NCBI GenBank assembly: GCA_963823655.1
Contig: CAWGMK010000006.1
Coordinates: 192,001-256,000 of the forward strand
DNA length: 64,000 nt
Reading direction: 5' to 3'
Source of the DNA: an uncultured Bacillota bacterium
GTDB taxonomy: Bacteria > Bacillota > DTU025 > MWDF01
In this document: piece after piece, positions 31,199 to 41,604 of the stretch
How the letters are laid out: every line of letters starts with the position of its first letter
Numbering within the stretch: the stretch's first letter is position 1
Notes under the pieces: model-generated
Databases searched by the model: none
Told to the model about the DNA's origin: nothing
What the model saw: the letters and a program-made list of their open reading frames with translations, nothing else
Made by a program: the position numbers and the translations under genes

Positions 31199-31753
31199 TC
31201 TAGTTAAGTACGGAGCGATACTGACGATAATATGCATAGTTTCCGGCGTTTCATTGGCCTTCGTTTACAGCAAGACCAGCGTGATAATCGCCGACAGGCA
31301 GGCAAAAGAAGCGATGAAGGCAATGGCAGTAGTGCTTCCCGCAGCGACGGATTTCGTAGAGATTCCGGCGGACGAGCTTTCGCAGCGGCGGGAGAGGCTA
31401 CAGGAATTCTGCAGGCATACCTCGGAAAGCCGCGGATGAGACCGTAGGGGCGATTGTAAAAGTGGAAAGCCCGGGTTACGGCGGCATGATATCATGCTAA
31501 TTGGCATGGATAGCTGCGGAGTATGCCAGGGCATGCAGGTCATAAGCCAGAGCGAGACGCCCGGGCCTCGGGGCCAATGTCAAGGAAGAGGCCTTCTATG
31601 GCCAGTTCGCTGGACAAGCAGGGACGTATTGTCCCTGAAGAAAGCGGGCGGCAGACATCGACGCGATATCGGGCGCCACGATTTCGTCCAAGGCGTGCGG
31701 TTGCCGGGGTCAATAAGGCCCTTGATGTGGCAAGAGCGCTCCTTGGGCTGTAG
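31191..31753 (+). CDS. rnfG: Rnf complex subunit G (several frameshifts)
   Basis: N-terminal TM helix, SPGYGG, SETPGLG, DAISGATISS FMN site spread over frames. Confidence 0.85.
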
Positions 31754-31766
31754 GGAGGAATCGAAG

Positions 31767-32428
31767 ATGAGCGCAATCAAGGAATTCAAGAAGGGTTTAT
31801 GGGCGGAGAGCCCGACCTTCGTACTGCTCATTGGCATGTGCCCTACAATGGTGTCTTCGACATGCGGTGTCAAATGCGCTGGGAATGGGGCTTGCCGCAA
31901 CATTCGTTTTGGTCTTCAGCAACCTGTTCATAGCGGCCCTTAGGAGCATAATACCTGACAAGATAAGGATCCCCTGCTTCATCGTTGTAATTGCGACCTT
32001 CGTTACGATAGTAGACCTCGTCATGGCGGCATATGTGCCGGACCTCCACAAGGTGCTCGGAGTCTTCGTCCCCTGATAGTGGTCAACTGCATAATACTAG
32101 CCAGGGCAGAGGCATTCGCCTATAAGAACAGCGTAGTCGACTCGATAGCGGACGGGCTCGGGATGGGCCTCGGCTTTACTATTGGCGTACTGATTATCTC
32201 GCTATAATCAGGGAGCCCCTTGCTACCGGTAAGATAATGGCTACGCCAAGGACTTCAACTTCGAAGGCTTAAGGCTTCTGCCGGTAAAATTCGCAGCGCA
32301 CTCTCATAGACAAGCCTGTCGGCGGCTTCATGACCCTCGGCTTCGTGCTTGCGGCGATAAATGCGCTCACAAGCAAGAAGAAGAAGGCGCAGCAGGCCAA
32401 TTGCGGCTGCGTCCCGAAGGAGGTATAG
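31767..32428 (+). CDS. rnfE: Rnf complex subunit E (several frameshifts)
   Basis: [55 protein letters not shown]. Confidence 0.88.
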
Positions 32429-32431
32429 CCT

Positions 32432-33032
32432 ATGAAAGAACTATTCGTAATCCTTCTTAGCACAATCCTGGTCAACAATTATATGCTGGCCAGAATAATG
32501 GGTACTTGCCCGTTCATCGGCGTCTCGAACCAGTTCGATACCGCCATGGGCATGGCTGCGGCCGTAGTCTTCGTTATGAGCCTTGCGGCTGCGGTGACGT
32601 GGCTTGTGCAGTACTATCTGCTCGTTCCCCTGGGATTGGGCTTCCTCCAGACGGTAGCCTTCATCCTGGTAATAGCAGCGCTGGTGCAGCTCATCGAGAT
32701 GATCATCCTGAAGATGAGCCCCACCCTTTACAGGGCGCTTGGGAATATACCTTCCGCTGATCACGACCAACTGCGCAGTCCTCGGCGTCGCAGTTATCAA
32801 CGTGCGCGATGGATACAACTTCATAGAAGCTGTCATATCCGGCACAGGCGGAGGCATCGGCTTCTCCCTGGTGCTGATTGCAATGGCGGCTCTTCGCGAA
32901 AAGCTCAATACGGCGCCGATTGCGAAGTCCTTCAAGGGCTTCCCGCTGACGCTGATCATAACTGCCCAGATGGCGATGGCTTTCCTGGGCTTCTCCGGTT
33001 TCAACCTCGAGAAGCTCTTCGGCCTGCGCTAG
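32432..33032 (+). CDS. rnfA: Rnf complex subunit A (frameshift near 32742)
   Basis: LVNNYML..GTCPFIGVS, FILVIAALVQ, LGIYLPLITTNCAVLG, AFLGFSG. Confidence 0.9.
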
Positions 33033-33056
33033 CCGGCCGATGGAGGTGTAAGAAAG

Positions 33057-33878
33057 ATGGTACTCAACAGCTTATTCGTCCTGGGCGGCATGGGATTGGC
33101 CTTCGGAGTGGCGCTTGCCATAGCGGCAAGGTTGCTTGCGGTCGAAAGGGATCCCAGGATGGAGCTCGTACAGGCGGCTCTTCCCGGAGCCAACTGCGGA
33201 GCTTGCGGCTTCCCCGGTTGCGGCGGCCTGGCAACGGCCATCGTAGAGGGCAAGGCCCCGTGCGACCAGTGCCCCGTCGGCGGAGCCAAAGTGGCGGCCA
33301 AGGTGGCCGAGATAATGTGCGTCGTGGTAGATACAAGCAAAGGCCCCAATTTCGCAAGGCTGATGTGCGCAGGCGGCAAGGGGATCGCGAGGGACGTGGC
33401 CGAATATCAGGGGATTATGGACTGCACTGCAGCACATGCAGTAAGCGGCGGGTTCAAGGCGTGCTCCTACGGCTGCCTCGGCCTTGCCACATGCGTCAGG
33501 GAATGCCCGTTCGACGCAATGTACATGGGAGAGGACAACCTTCCCAAAATAGACGATTCAAAGTGCACAGGCTGCGGAAAGTGCGTTACCGCCTGCCCTA
33601 GGGCATTGCTTGCCCTCAGGTCGGCGGATGAGCCGGTGAACGTGGTCTGCACATCTAAAGCCCCGCTTCCAAAGAGCAAGCTGGATTGCTCGGCGGTATG
33701 CATCGGCTGTCAGATCTGCGTTAAGAACTGCCCTACTCAGGCCATACGCATGGAAGGCACAGTAGCGGTAATCGACAACAGCAAATGCACCAAGTGCGGC
33801 ATATGCATACAGAAATGCCCGGTCAAGTGCATACATAACCTCTTCGGGGCGGACTCGGACCTGATAGTCCAGGCCTGA
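33057..33878 (+). CDS. rnfB: Rnf complex subunit B
   Basis: TM anchor, LPGANCGACGFPGC, CSYGCLGLATCVRECPF, further CxxCxxCxxxCP motifs. Confidence 0.93.
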   Translation: MVLNSLFVLGGMGLAFGVALAIAARLLAVERDPRMELVQAALPGANCGACGFPGCGGLATAIVEGKAPCDQCPVGGAKVAAKVAEIMCVVVDTSKGPNFARLMCAGGKGIARDVAEYQGIMDCTAAHAVSGGFKACSYGCLGLATCVRECPFDAMYMGEDNLPKIDDSKCTGCGKCVTACPRALLALRSADEPVNVVCTSKAPLPKSKLDCSAVCIGCQICVKNCPTQAIRMEGTVAVIDNSKCTKCGICIQKCPVKCIHNLFGADSDLIVQA

Positions 33879-33901
33879 CAGGAGAATACCTGAAGATACC
33901 G

Positions 33902-33950
33902 TGGTGCCCGGGGCGCGTGCTAACGCGACGCGGGCACCATTTTTTTGTTT
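33902..33950 (+). terminator. Terminator ending the redox operon
   Basis: TGGTGCCCG..CGGGCACCA followed by T8. Confidence 0.8.
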
Positions 33951-34114
33951 GAGGGACCCTAAAAACCATCAAAGCCGATTTCAGGGCAAAGCCCGTGTAC
34001 AGCCGCGTTTCCAAGTTTAGCCCCGAATGGTGTATAATATCGGACTGTGTTTTATGTTAGATTATATTGTAGGGGAGACGGATCTCAACCTTCGGCATGA
34101 GATCCGGTGTTTAT

Positions 34115-34691
34115 ATGGGAAAGATAGTGCTTGCCTCGGCGTCTCCGAGGAGAATAGAGCTTCTAGGTGCGCTAGGGCTGAAATTCGATGTTGTGCCCAG
34201 CAATGAGGAAGAAGTAGTGGACGATTGCCTGTCTCCGGACGAATTGGTGAATGTCTTTGGCCAGGCTAAAGGCTGCGGCGGTGGCAAAGCTGAGGCCGTC
34301 CGACACAATCATCGGGGCGGATACAGTAGTCGTGCTTAACGGAATAATCCTCGGCAAACCGGCAGACAACAAGGACGCATGCGCGATGCTCAGCATGCTT
34401 GAAGGCAAAGAGCATGAGGTATTCACCGGCGTCTGTGTCATCTGCAGGGAAAAGGGAATAGAGGACTGCCGCCACGAGGTGACCAAGGTGCGCTTCTGTT
34501 CCATGAGCAGGGCTGATATCGAAAGTTACGTTGCCACAGGGGAACCCATGGACAAGGCCGGAGCATATGCCATTCAGGGTTTGGGATCATTATTCGTGTC
34601 AGGAATAACCGGGGATTACTTCAATGTTGTCGGGCTTCCGCTAAGGCTGACCGCCTCGATGCTCATTGAAGCCGGCACGCACATAATCTAG
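34115..34691 (+). CDS. maf: Maf nucleotide pyrophosphatase (frameshift near 34250)
   Basis: LASASPRR, GADTVV, LGKP, DKAGAYAIQG, NVVGLP. Confidence 0.9.
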
Positions 34692-34733
34692 CCCTCGAGG
34701 GCGCCGCCTGTAATATTGCAGGAGGTGCCTTTA

Positions 34734-35438
34734 ATGGATATCAGGTATTCGCGCGGCATGAAGGACATGCCGATGGCCGAAAGGCCAACGGAAAGGCTTT
34801 ACGCACTTGGCCCGGGAGCGCTAACAAACGCCGAACTCATTGCCGTCGTAATAAGGTGCGGCACGAGAAGCGAGAGCGCGCTTGAGGCCGGTATGAGGGT
34901 TTTAAGCGAGAACGGCGGCCCCGGATGCCTTGCCGCGATGAGCGCCGAAGAGCTTGCCAAGTCCGGCAAGTTCGGAAGGGCGCGTGCGGCTCAGCTGAAG
35001 GCGGCAGTCGAGCTAGGAATGAGGCTTGCCAGCAGGGATCTTGCGGAAAGGCCGCTTATCGCGAACGCCAACGATGCGGCCGAGATCCTAAGACCGGCGA
35101 TGAGGCACCTGCAATGCGAGGAATTCAGGGCGATACTGCTCAATTCCAAGCACCGGGCGCTTGATGTCGCTACCATCTCGACAGGTACCCTCACATCCTC
35201 GCTTGTACATCCCAGGGAAGTTTTCAGAGAGGCGATGTTTAGAAACAGCGCCGCGCTGATTGTGGCCCATAATCACCCCAGCGGAGACCCGGCGCCCAGC
35301 AAAGAGGATATTTCGATAACTCAAAGGCTGGTAGAAGCCGGCAAGCTGTTGGGAATTGAGGTCATCGATCACATAATCATCGGGGGCAATGCTTTCGTTA
35401 GTTTAATGGAGACTGGAATTCTTGGCAGCACCGGCTGA
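34734..35438 (+). CDS. radC: RadC (JAB-domain) protein
   Basis: ERPTERL, GTLTSSLVHPREVF, HNHPSGDPAPS..D, DHIIIG. Confidence 0.93.
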   Translation: MDIRYSRGMKDMPMAERPTERLYALGPGALTNAELIAVVIRCGTRSESALEAGMRVLSENGGPGCLAAMSAEELAKSGKFGRARAAQLKAAVELGMRLASRDLAERPLIANANDAAEILRPAMRHLQCEEFRAILLNSKHRALDVATISTGTLTSSLVHPREVFREAMFRNSAALIVAHNHPSGDPAPSKEDISITQRLVEAGKLLGIEVIDHIIIGGNAFVSLMETGILGSTG

Positions 35439-35466
35439 ACCCGGCTGCCGAAAGGGGTTTTAACAT

Positions 35467-36504
35467 ATGGGTTTGTTCGACGCGTTTTCCAGGGACATCG
35501 GCATTGACCTTGGAACTGCCAATACTTTGGTGTTCCTCAAGGGCAAAGGGGTAGTAGTGCAGGAGCCTTCGGTCGTCGCGATGGATATGGATACCGGCAA
35601 GGTGCTTTCCGTCGGCAACGATGCAAAGAAGATGCTTGGGCGCACTCCGGCCAATGTCAAAGCGGTGAGGCCATTAAGAGACGGCGTTATCGCGGACTTC
35701 GACGTTACCGAGGAAATGCTGCGCTATTTTATGCGGAAGGTCCACAACAGCATGGGCCTGATCAAACCGAGGGTAGTCGTAGGCTGCCCCTCAGGCGTAA
35801 CGGAAGTTGAGAGGCGGGCGATCATCGAAGCAGTGATGCACGCAGGCGCCAGGGAAGCTCATCTTATCGAGGAGCCCAAGGCAGCGGCGATCGGCGCGAA
35901 CCTTCCCGTATCCGAGCCAACCGGATCGATGATAGTGGACATCGGGGGCGGCACCACCGAGGTGGCCGTGCTATCCTTAGGCGGCATTGTATCATCCGTA
36001 TCGTCAAGGACCGCGGGAGACGAGATGGACGATGCGATAATCCAGCACATGAAGAAGGTCTACAATCTTCTTATCGGCGAGAGGACCGCCGAAGAGGTTA
36101 AGAAGAAGATCGGCTCGGCCTACGTTGTCGGACCCGAGACCTATGAGGAAGTCAGGGGCAGGGACCTGGTAACGGGCCTTCCCAAGACGGTCAAGGTGGA
36201 CAGCACCGAGATCAGGGAGGCCTTGGCGGAGCCCGTAAGCACGATAATAAATGCCGTTAAAGAGTGCCTTGAGAAGACGCCGCCGGAGCTTTCCGCAGAC
36301 GTGATGGACCGCGGAATTGTACTCGCCGGTGGAGGCGCGCTTTTAGTGGGCCTGGACAAGCTGCTGTCAAGGGAGACGGGCATCTCGGTGTTCGTATGCG
36401 ACGATCCGCTTACAGCGGTTGCAAGGGGTACGGGAAAAGTCCTGGACCATATGGAATATCTTAAGGGGCTTTCGGCTTCATCAAAGCGCGAAATGCACAG
36501 TTAG
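35467..36504 (+). CDS. mreB: Rod shape protein MreB
   Basis: [36 protein letters not shown]. Confidence 0.97.
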   Translation: MGLFDAFSRDIGIDLGTANTLVFLKGKGVVVQEPSVVAMDMDTGKVLSVGNDAKKMLGRTPANVKAVRPLRDGVIADFDVTEEMLRYFMRKVHNSMGLIKPRVVVGCPSGVTEVERRAIIEAVMHAGAREAHLIEEPKAAAIGANLPVSEPTGSMIVDIGGGTTEVAVLSLGGIVSSVSSRTAGDEMDDAIIQHMKKVYNLLIGERTAEEVKKKIGSAYVVGPETYEEVRGRDLVTGLPKTVKVDSTEIREALAEPVSTIINAVKECLEKTPPELSADVMDRGIVLAGGGALLVGLDKLLSRETGISVFVCDDPLTAVARGTGKVLDHMEYLKGLSASSKREMHS

Positions 36505-36517
36505 GGCGTAAAACAGC

Positions 36518-37357
36518 ATGAGGCGCGCTTCAAAGGGCATAAAGGCCCTTCTGATAATACTTGCGGTGATAATTGCCCTGTCCGTACTGATATCCGCAAC
36601 CTTGGGGGATAGGGCCAGTTTGACTTTGCCGGAGCGTGCCTTGCGCGCGGTATTCGAACCTATCGGGGGCTTCTTCTGGAATATCGGCAGAGGGGTGTCG
36701 AACTTCTTCGGAGGGCTGTTCAGGCTCGGGAGCGTCATGGATGAGAACATCCGCCTTAAAGAAGAAGTGGAGGCGCTTACAGCCGAAGTGGCGCAGCTGA
36801 CAGGGCTGGAGTCCGAGAACGCGCGCCTCACCGAGCTTCTCAACCTAAAGAGGTCCGTCAAGGGCAAGACGGTCGCCGGGAAAGTAGTTTACAGGGATGC
36901 CGGCAATTGGCTTGGCACGCTTGTAATAGACAAAGGCACGGACAACGGCGTGCAAGTGGGTATGGCCGTAATCAACAGTATGGGCATCGTAGGCCGGGTG
37001 GTCACTACTTCCGGAAGCACGGCAAGCGTGCTGCTTGCAAATGACCCCAGGAATGCTATCGGGGCCGTTACAGTGCGCTCGAGGGATTTCGCCATAGCCG
37101 AGGGCGTAGGCGACGGAACCGGTGTGCTGAAGCTTAAGCCTCTTGGCGATGCGCCTGACCTGGTGCCAGGCGACCTGGTTATCTCCAGCGGGCTTGGCGG
37201 CATTTATCCTGCCGGGCACATAATCGGCGAGATCGTGGATGTCGACGAGGGGGCCTACGGCATAGCCAAATCTGCCTATGTCAGGTCATCAGTCGATTTC
37301 AACCGGATAGAAGAGGTCCTTGTGCTGCTTGAAAGCCAGAAGGGCGCAGTGAAGTGA
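36518..37357 (+). CDS. mreC: Rod shape protein MreC
   Basis: TM helix, coiled coil ENARLTELL, IDKG..GV, SSGLGGIYPAG. Confidence 0.92.
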   Translation: MRRASKGIKALLIILAVIIALSVLISATLGDRASLTLPERALRAVFEPIGGFFWNIGRGVSNFFGGLFRLGSVMDENIRLKEEVEALTAEVAQLTGLESENARLTELLNLKRSVKGKTVAGKVVYRDAGNWLGTLVIDKGTDNGVQVGMAVINSMGIVGRVVTTSGSTASVLLANDPRNAIGAVTVRSRDFAIAEGVGDGTGVLKLKPLGDAPDLVPGDLVISSGLGGIYPAGHIIGEIVDVDEGAYGIAKSAYVRSSVDFNRIEEVLVLLESQKGAVK

Positions 37358-37881
37358 GGACTTTTGCCAGGAGGCTGAGCATAGATCCCTGGGCCGCTAC
37401 ATTGGCAGGGCTGGTCATAGGGCTGCTATTTCAGACCGCGTTCATTCCCGGGCTGCTTCCGGGTGTGCCGAAGTTCGACCCGATATTCGCGCTTATGATG
37501 ACAATGGCGGTATTGGGGCACAAGGCACAATCGTACTTTCTGGCAATAGCGGGCGGTTTGGTGCTCGACGCGCTTACCGGCCAGTACATAGGCTTGAATG
37601 CGCTATCTTATCTTGCAGTTGCGATAATTGCATCGGGCGTGCAGGGAAACCTGGTAAAGGATACCCTGATCACCCCGGCTACTGCGATGTTCTCGGGCTA
37701 TTTCCTGAAGGAACTCATCTACCTGTTCGTGCTGGTATCTGTCGGGCTCAAGTTCATGCCTGCGAGGGTTGCGGCTCAGCTTGTAATATCCTCGGCGCTG
37801 AACTCGCTCATAGGTATCGGGCTGTACTGGCTGCTCCACTTCAGATTGGGGCTGGTCGTGAAGGTGGACAAGGGTTTCTAG
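37354..37881 (+). CDS. mreD: Rod shape protein MreD
   Basis: Polytopic membrane protein, GLVLD..IGLNALSY, located between mreC and mrdA. Confidence 0.85.
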   Translation: MRTFARRLSIDPWAATLAGLVIGLLFQTAFIPGLLPGVPKFDPIFALMMTMAVLGHKAQSYFLAIAGGLVLDALTGQYIGLNALSYLAVAIIASGVQGNLVKDTLITPATAMFSGYFLKELIYLFVLVSVGLKFMPARVAAQLVISSALNSLIGIGLYWLLHFRLGLVVKVDKGF

Positions 37882-37899
37882 GAAGGCCCCGGAGGTTTT

Positions 37900-39738
37900 A
37901 TGGGTATTAGGTTCATTAACAGGAATACGCTGGAGGACAGGACTCGGGCCGTCATGGCCATCGCAGGCCTTGTCTTTCTTATCCTGTTGTCGCGCCTATG
38001 GTACCTGCAGGTCATTAAGGGCGACTATTACAAGGAGCGCGCCGAACAGAACAGGCTGGCGAAAGTATATATAACGGCCCCCAGGGGCGAGATACTCGAC
38101 CGCAACGGCGTAGTGATGGCCACAAACCGGACAGCGTACAGCATCAGCATAGTGCCCAAGGACGTCAAGGACAAGGACAGGACCCTGGCATTGCTGGCCA
38201 AGCTGACTGGAATGGACCTTACAGAGCTGAAGAAGAAGTACGACGAGCATACCAAGGGCACATTCAGGCAGCCTTACAGGCCCCTGAAGCTGATCGCGGA
38301 TGCTGATGTCAAGGTGCTGGCAAGCGTAGCGGAAAGGCGTTATGAACTGGAAGGGGTCCTCATTGAAGAGGAGCCGTACAGGATGTACCCGCTCGCCGCC
38401 GTCGCAGGAAACGTAATCGGCTATATGGGCCAGGTTAATGCTGAGGAACTTCGCGAGCTTGGTTCATCCGGCTACAGGAACTCAAGCCAGATAGGCAAGT
38501 CCGGAATAGAACGCCAATTGGAGGAATACCTTCACGGCAGGGACGGAATCAACCGCATTGAGGTAGATTCCGCTTCAAGCCCGGTCTCAACTCTTTCTGC
38601 CATCGACCCTGTCCCGGGAAGCTCGGTCATACTGACCATAAATTCCAAGCTGCAGCAAGAGGCGGAGAAGCTGCTCAAGAACATGATAGATTCGCTCAGA
38701 AGCTCGGGCAGGTCGCCTCAGCTTAAGAGCGGTGCGCTTGTGGCGATGGACCCCAGGAACGGGGAAGTGCTCGCTTTGGCATCATACCCGGACTATGATC
38801 CGAGCTCATTTATCCCTAGCGTGTCCGAAAGCGACTGGAAGAAGCTCAGCAGCGAGCCGTCCGCGCTCTTCAACAGGGCAATAAGCGGAGCCTACCCTCC
38901 CGGGTCTACTTTCAAGGCCATCGTATCGGCCGCAGCCCTTGAAGCCGGAGTATTGGACCCCAATGAGAAATTCCTCTGTCTGCCCAGCGTGGCTGCGAAC
39001 TATTACGGCATGCGCTGCATGTCATGGGAGTTCGGCCAATCGCACGGTTATGTCGACCTATACACCGCAATAGCCACATCGTGCAATATTTACTTCTATG
39101 AGCTGGGGAAAAGGTTGACGGTGGACCAGCTCTCCGGGATGGCGAAGAGGTTCGGTTTGGGAAGCAAGAGCGGAATCGAGCTGGCGCTGATAGAAAGCGC
39201 GGGAAAGGTGCTTCAAAGCTCGGACAGGAAGATAATGCCGGGCGAAAAGCTCTCCTACACCATCGGCCAGATGGTAACCGTGACGCCGCTTCAGCTTGCC
39301 AGGCTGTATTCAGCCGTCGCGAACAGGGGTACGTTGTATGAACCCACGATAATAAAGGGCATCGTCGGCCCCGACGGCAAGGAGATAGAGCAGGAGCAGC
39401 CGCGGCCTGAAACTCTGATCCAACTGAAAAGCTCGACATGGGATGCTATACATAAGGGCATGAGGATGACAGTCACGCAAGGTACCGGCAGGCGGCAGTT
39501 CGAGGGCTTTCCGCTGGAAGTTTCCGGCAAGACCGGCACTGCCCAGGCTCCGCCAAAAGACGAGCATGCGTGGTTCGTCTGCTGGGCGCCCTCAAAGGCG
39601 CCTGAGATCGTTGTCGCCGTCCTGCTTGAAAACGGCATTACCTCGGCGGCATACATAGCGCGCGACATGATGGACTGCTATTTCGGATTGGATGAATACG
39701 CGCCTGTAAAGGCGGAAGAGGCGCAGCCGGCGCAATAG
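37900..39738 (+). CDS. mrdA: Penicillin-binding protein 2 (class B)
   Basis: APRGEILDRNG, GKSGIE, PGSTFK (SxxK), SCN (SxN), KTGT. Confidence 0.93.
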   Translation: MGIRFINRNTLEDRTRAVMAIAGLVFLILLSRLWYLQVIKGDYYKERAEQNRLAKVYITAPRGEILDRNGVVMATNRTAYSISIVPKDVKDKDRTLALLAKLTGMDLTELKKKYDEHTKGTFRQPYRPLKLIADADVKVLASVAERRYELEGVLIEEEPYRMYPLAAVAGNVIGYMGQVNAEELRELGSSGYRNSSQIGKSGIERQLEEYLHGRDGINRIEVDSASSPVSTLSAIDPVPGSSVILTINSKLQQEAEKLLKNMIDSLRSSGRSPQLKSGALVAMDPRNGEVLALASYPDYDPSSFIPSVSESDWKKLSSEPSALFNRAISGAYPPGSTFKAIVSAAALEAGVLDPNEKFLCLPSVAANYYGMRCMSWEFGQSHGYVDLYTAIATSCNIYFYELGKRLTVDQLSGMAKRFGLGSKSGIELALIESAGKVLQSSDRKIMPGEKLSYTIGQMVTVTPLQLARLYSAVANRGTLYEPTIIKGIVGPDGKEIEQEQPRPETLIQLKSSTWDAIHKGMRMTVTQGTGRRQFEGFPLEVSGKTGTAQAPPKDEHAWFVCWAPSKAPEIVVAVLLENGITSAAYIARDMMDCYFGLDEYAPVKAEEAQPAQ

Positions 39739-39760
39739 GAATTTCTAAGGGGGGATTGCT

Positions 39761-40474
39761 CTGAAACCGAAGGACGTAATATTCAAGGGTACGGGAAGGA
39801 CTCTCAAAGTGGTCCTCTCAGAGGATGCGGTAATGGAGGATGCCCTGCTGAGCATCGAGGAGAAGCTATCAGCCAATCCCTCTTTCTATGCAGGGCAGAG
39901 GATAACCGTGGAGAGCAAGTCCGGCCCCATTCCTGATGCGGCGTCGGATGCAATAAGGGCAGTTTTCGGCAGGTATGGGCTGACGTGCTCGGTGTTGGAC
40001 AGAAGAAGCGCGGCGGAAAAGGCATCGGCCCTTCTGACCCAGACGGTCCTGATGGACGAGGCTCCATATATCATGGGCTTGCGCGGCAGCGAATCCCCAA
40101 ATGAGTACGATGCCCGCTCCGAGGCCACGATATACAGGGGCGATGTTGTTCCGGGCAGAAGCTTGTGCTTCGAGGGAAGCGCGTTAATAATCGGCGACGT
40201 GCTTTCTGGCGGCAGGGTGCAGGCGGCGGGTGACGTAATCGTAACCGGAATAGCCGGAGGAAGCATCCACGCCGGCTGGCCTACTGACAGGTCGTCTTGC
40301 ATTATCGCTGGAGGGTTTACGGCAGGTACATACCGGATCGGGGATTTGAGGATGGAACTAGCAGAATCGGTAGGATCCCAGGTGATCATGCACTCCATAG
40401 AGAACGGTCCCGAAGGCTTGGGCATAAGGGTCGGGGACGCCGGATTTCTGGCTAGGAAAGGCGGAGGCAATTGA
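39761..40474 (+). CDS. minC: Septum site-determining protein MinC (divergent; CTG start inferred)
   Basis: VIFKGTGRTL N-terminus, IIGDV..G..V.A.GDVIV.G..G.IHAG beta-helix; position after mrdA. Confidence 0.75.
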   Translation: MKPKDVIFKGTGRTLKVVLSEDAVMEDALLSIEEKLSANPSFYAGQRITVESKSGPIPDAASDAIRAVFGRYGLTCSVLDRRSAAEKASALLTQTVLMDEAPYIMGLRGSESPNEYDARSEATIYRGDVVPGRSLCFEGSALIIGDVLSGGRVQAAGDVIVTGIAGGSIHAGWPTDRSSCIIAGGFTAGTYRIGDLRMELAESVGSQVIMHSIENGPEGLGIRVGDAGFLARKGGGN

Positions 40475-41592
40475 GCCCTGTTAACAGGAAAATGATAAGG
40501 GACCTGGATGGGTTGCTGCTTGTAGCGTCAATCGCAGCGTTCATTTTCGGCTGCATTGTGCTGTACAGCGCTACCTTCGCCCAGCCATCCCTAACCGGGC
40601 CTGATCCTTTCGCGCTGGTAAAGAAACAGGCAATAGCCGCCGGAATTGGCCTTGTGATGGGCATATCCGCAATGGCGCTGGGCCACAACTTCCTGAAGAA
40701 GGCCTACTGGCTCGTGTACATAGCATCGATATTGCTGCTGGCGGCCGTGACCGTAATAGGTGTAAGGGTAAGGGGTACATACGGTTGGGTCAGGATCGCG
40801 GGATTATCGCTGCAGCCGGTGGAGTTCGTAAAAATTGGTGTAGCCCTTGCACTGGCGGGCAGGATAGCAAGGTCCGAGGCCATAACCGGCATAAAGGACA
40901 TGATAGTGCCGCTCATCATGGCTGCGATCCCGACGGGCATAGTCATCATCCAAAAAGACCTGGGGTCCGCGTTGGTGTTCATTCCGCTCGTGCTCGCGAT
41001 GCTCTGGGCGGCTGGCGCCAATACGAAGCTGGTGCTGGGCATGGTCGGAAGCGGCCTTCTTGTAGTGGCGCCTCTTGGATACTTCTTCTTCCTGGATACG
41101 TACCAGCAAGAGAGGATACTGACGTTTCTAAATCCGGGGCGTGACCCGTACGGCGCCGGCTACAATGTGATACAGTCGGTTATCGGAATCGGATCAGGGG
41201 GCCTGCTGGGCAAGGGTTACGCTGCCGGAACGCAGGTGCAGCTCGGCTTCGTGCCCGAGCACCACTCCGATTTCATATTCACCGTAATCGGCGAGGAGCT
41301 TGGATTTGTAGGCGCGGCCCTGGCGCTGGCCGTGATGTTCATAATCATCTGGAGGTGCCTGGCGGTAGGCATGTCAACAGAGGACAGGTTCGGCAACCTC
41401 CTCGGAGTCGGCATCGCGACTATACTTCTTACCCATGTCCTGATAAACATAGGCATGGGAATTGCAATAATGCCGTGTACTGGGATCCCGCTTCCTTTCT
41501 TCAGTGCGGGTGGTTCATCGATAATGGCGACGATATTGGGGCTTTCGCTGGTGCAAAGCGTAAGCATGCGAAGAAAGAAGATCCTATTCTAG
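40471..41592 (+). CDS. rodA: SEDS glycosyltransferase RodA
   Basis: LQPVEFVK, QKDLGSA, YQQERI, GYNVIQS..IGSGG, PEHHSDFIF..GEE, TGIPLPFFSAGGSS. Confidence 0.93.
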   Translation: MSPVNRKMIRDLDGLLLVASIAAFIFGCIVLYSATFAQPSLTGPDPFALVKKQAIAAGIGLVMGISAMALGHNFLKKAYWLVYIASILLLAAVTVIGVRVRGTYGWVRIAGLSLQPVEFVKIGVALALAGRIARSEAITGIKDMIVPLIMAAIPTGIVIIQKDLGSALVFIPLVLAMLWAAGANTKLVLGMVGSGLLVVAPLGYFFFLDTYQQERILTFLNPGRDPYGAGYNVIQSVIGIGSGGLLGKGYAAGTQVQLGFVPEHHSDFIFTVIGEELGFVGAALALAVMFIIIWRCLAVGMSTEDRFGNLLGVGIATILLTHVLINIGMGIAIMPCTGIPLPFFSAGGSSIMATILGLSLVQSVSMRRKKILF

Positions 41593-41604
41593 ACTGGAGG
41601 GCCG

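Noticed and set aside
34734-35438. radC as a marker of a mobile element
   Set aside because: Full-length form in the standard maf-radC-mreBCD context, with no integrase or transposase nearby
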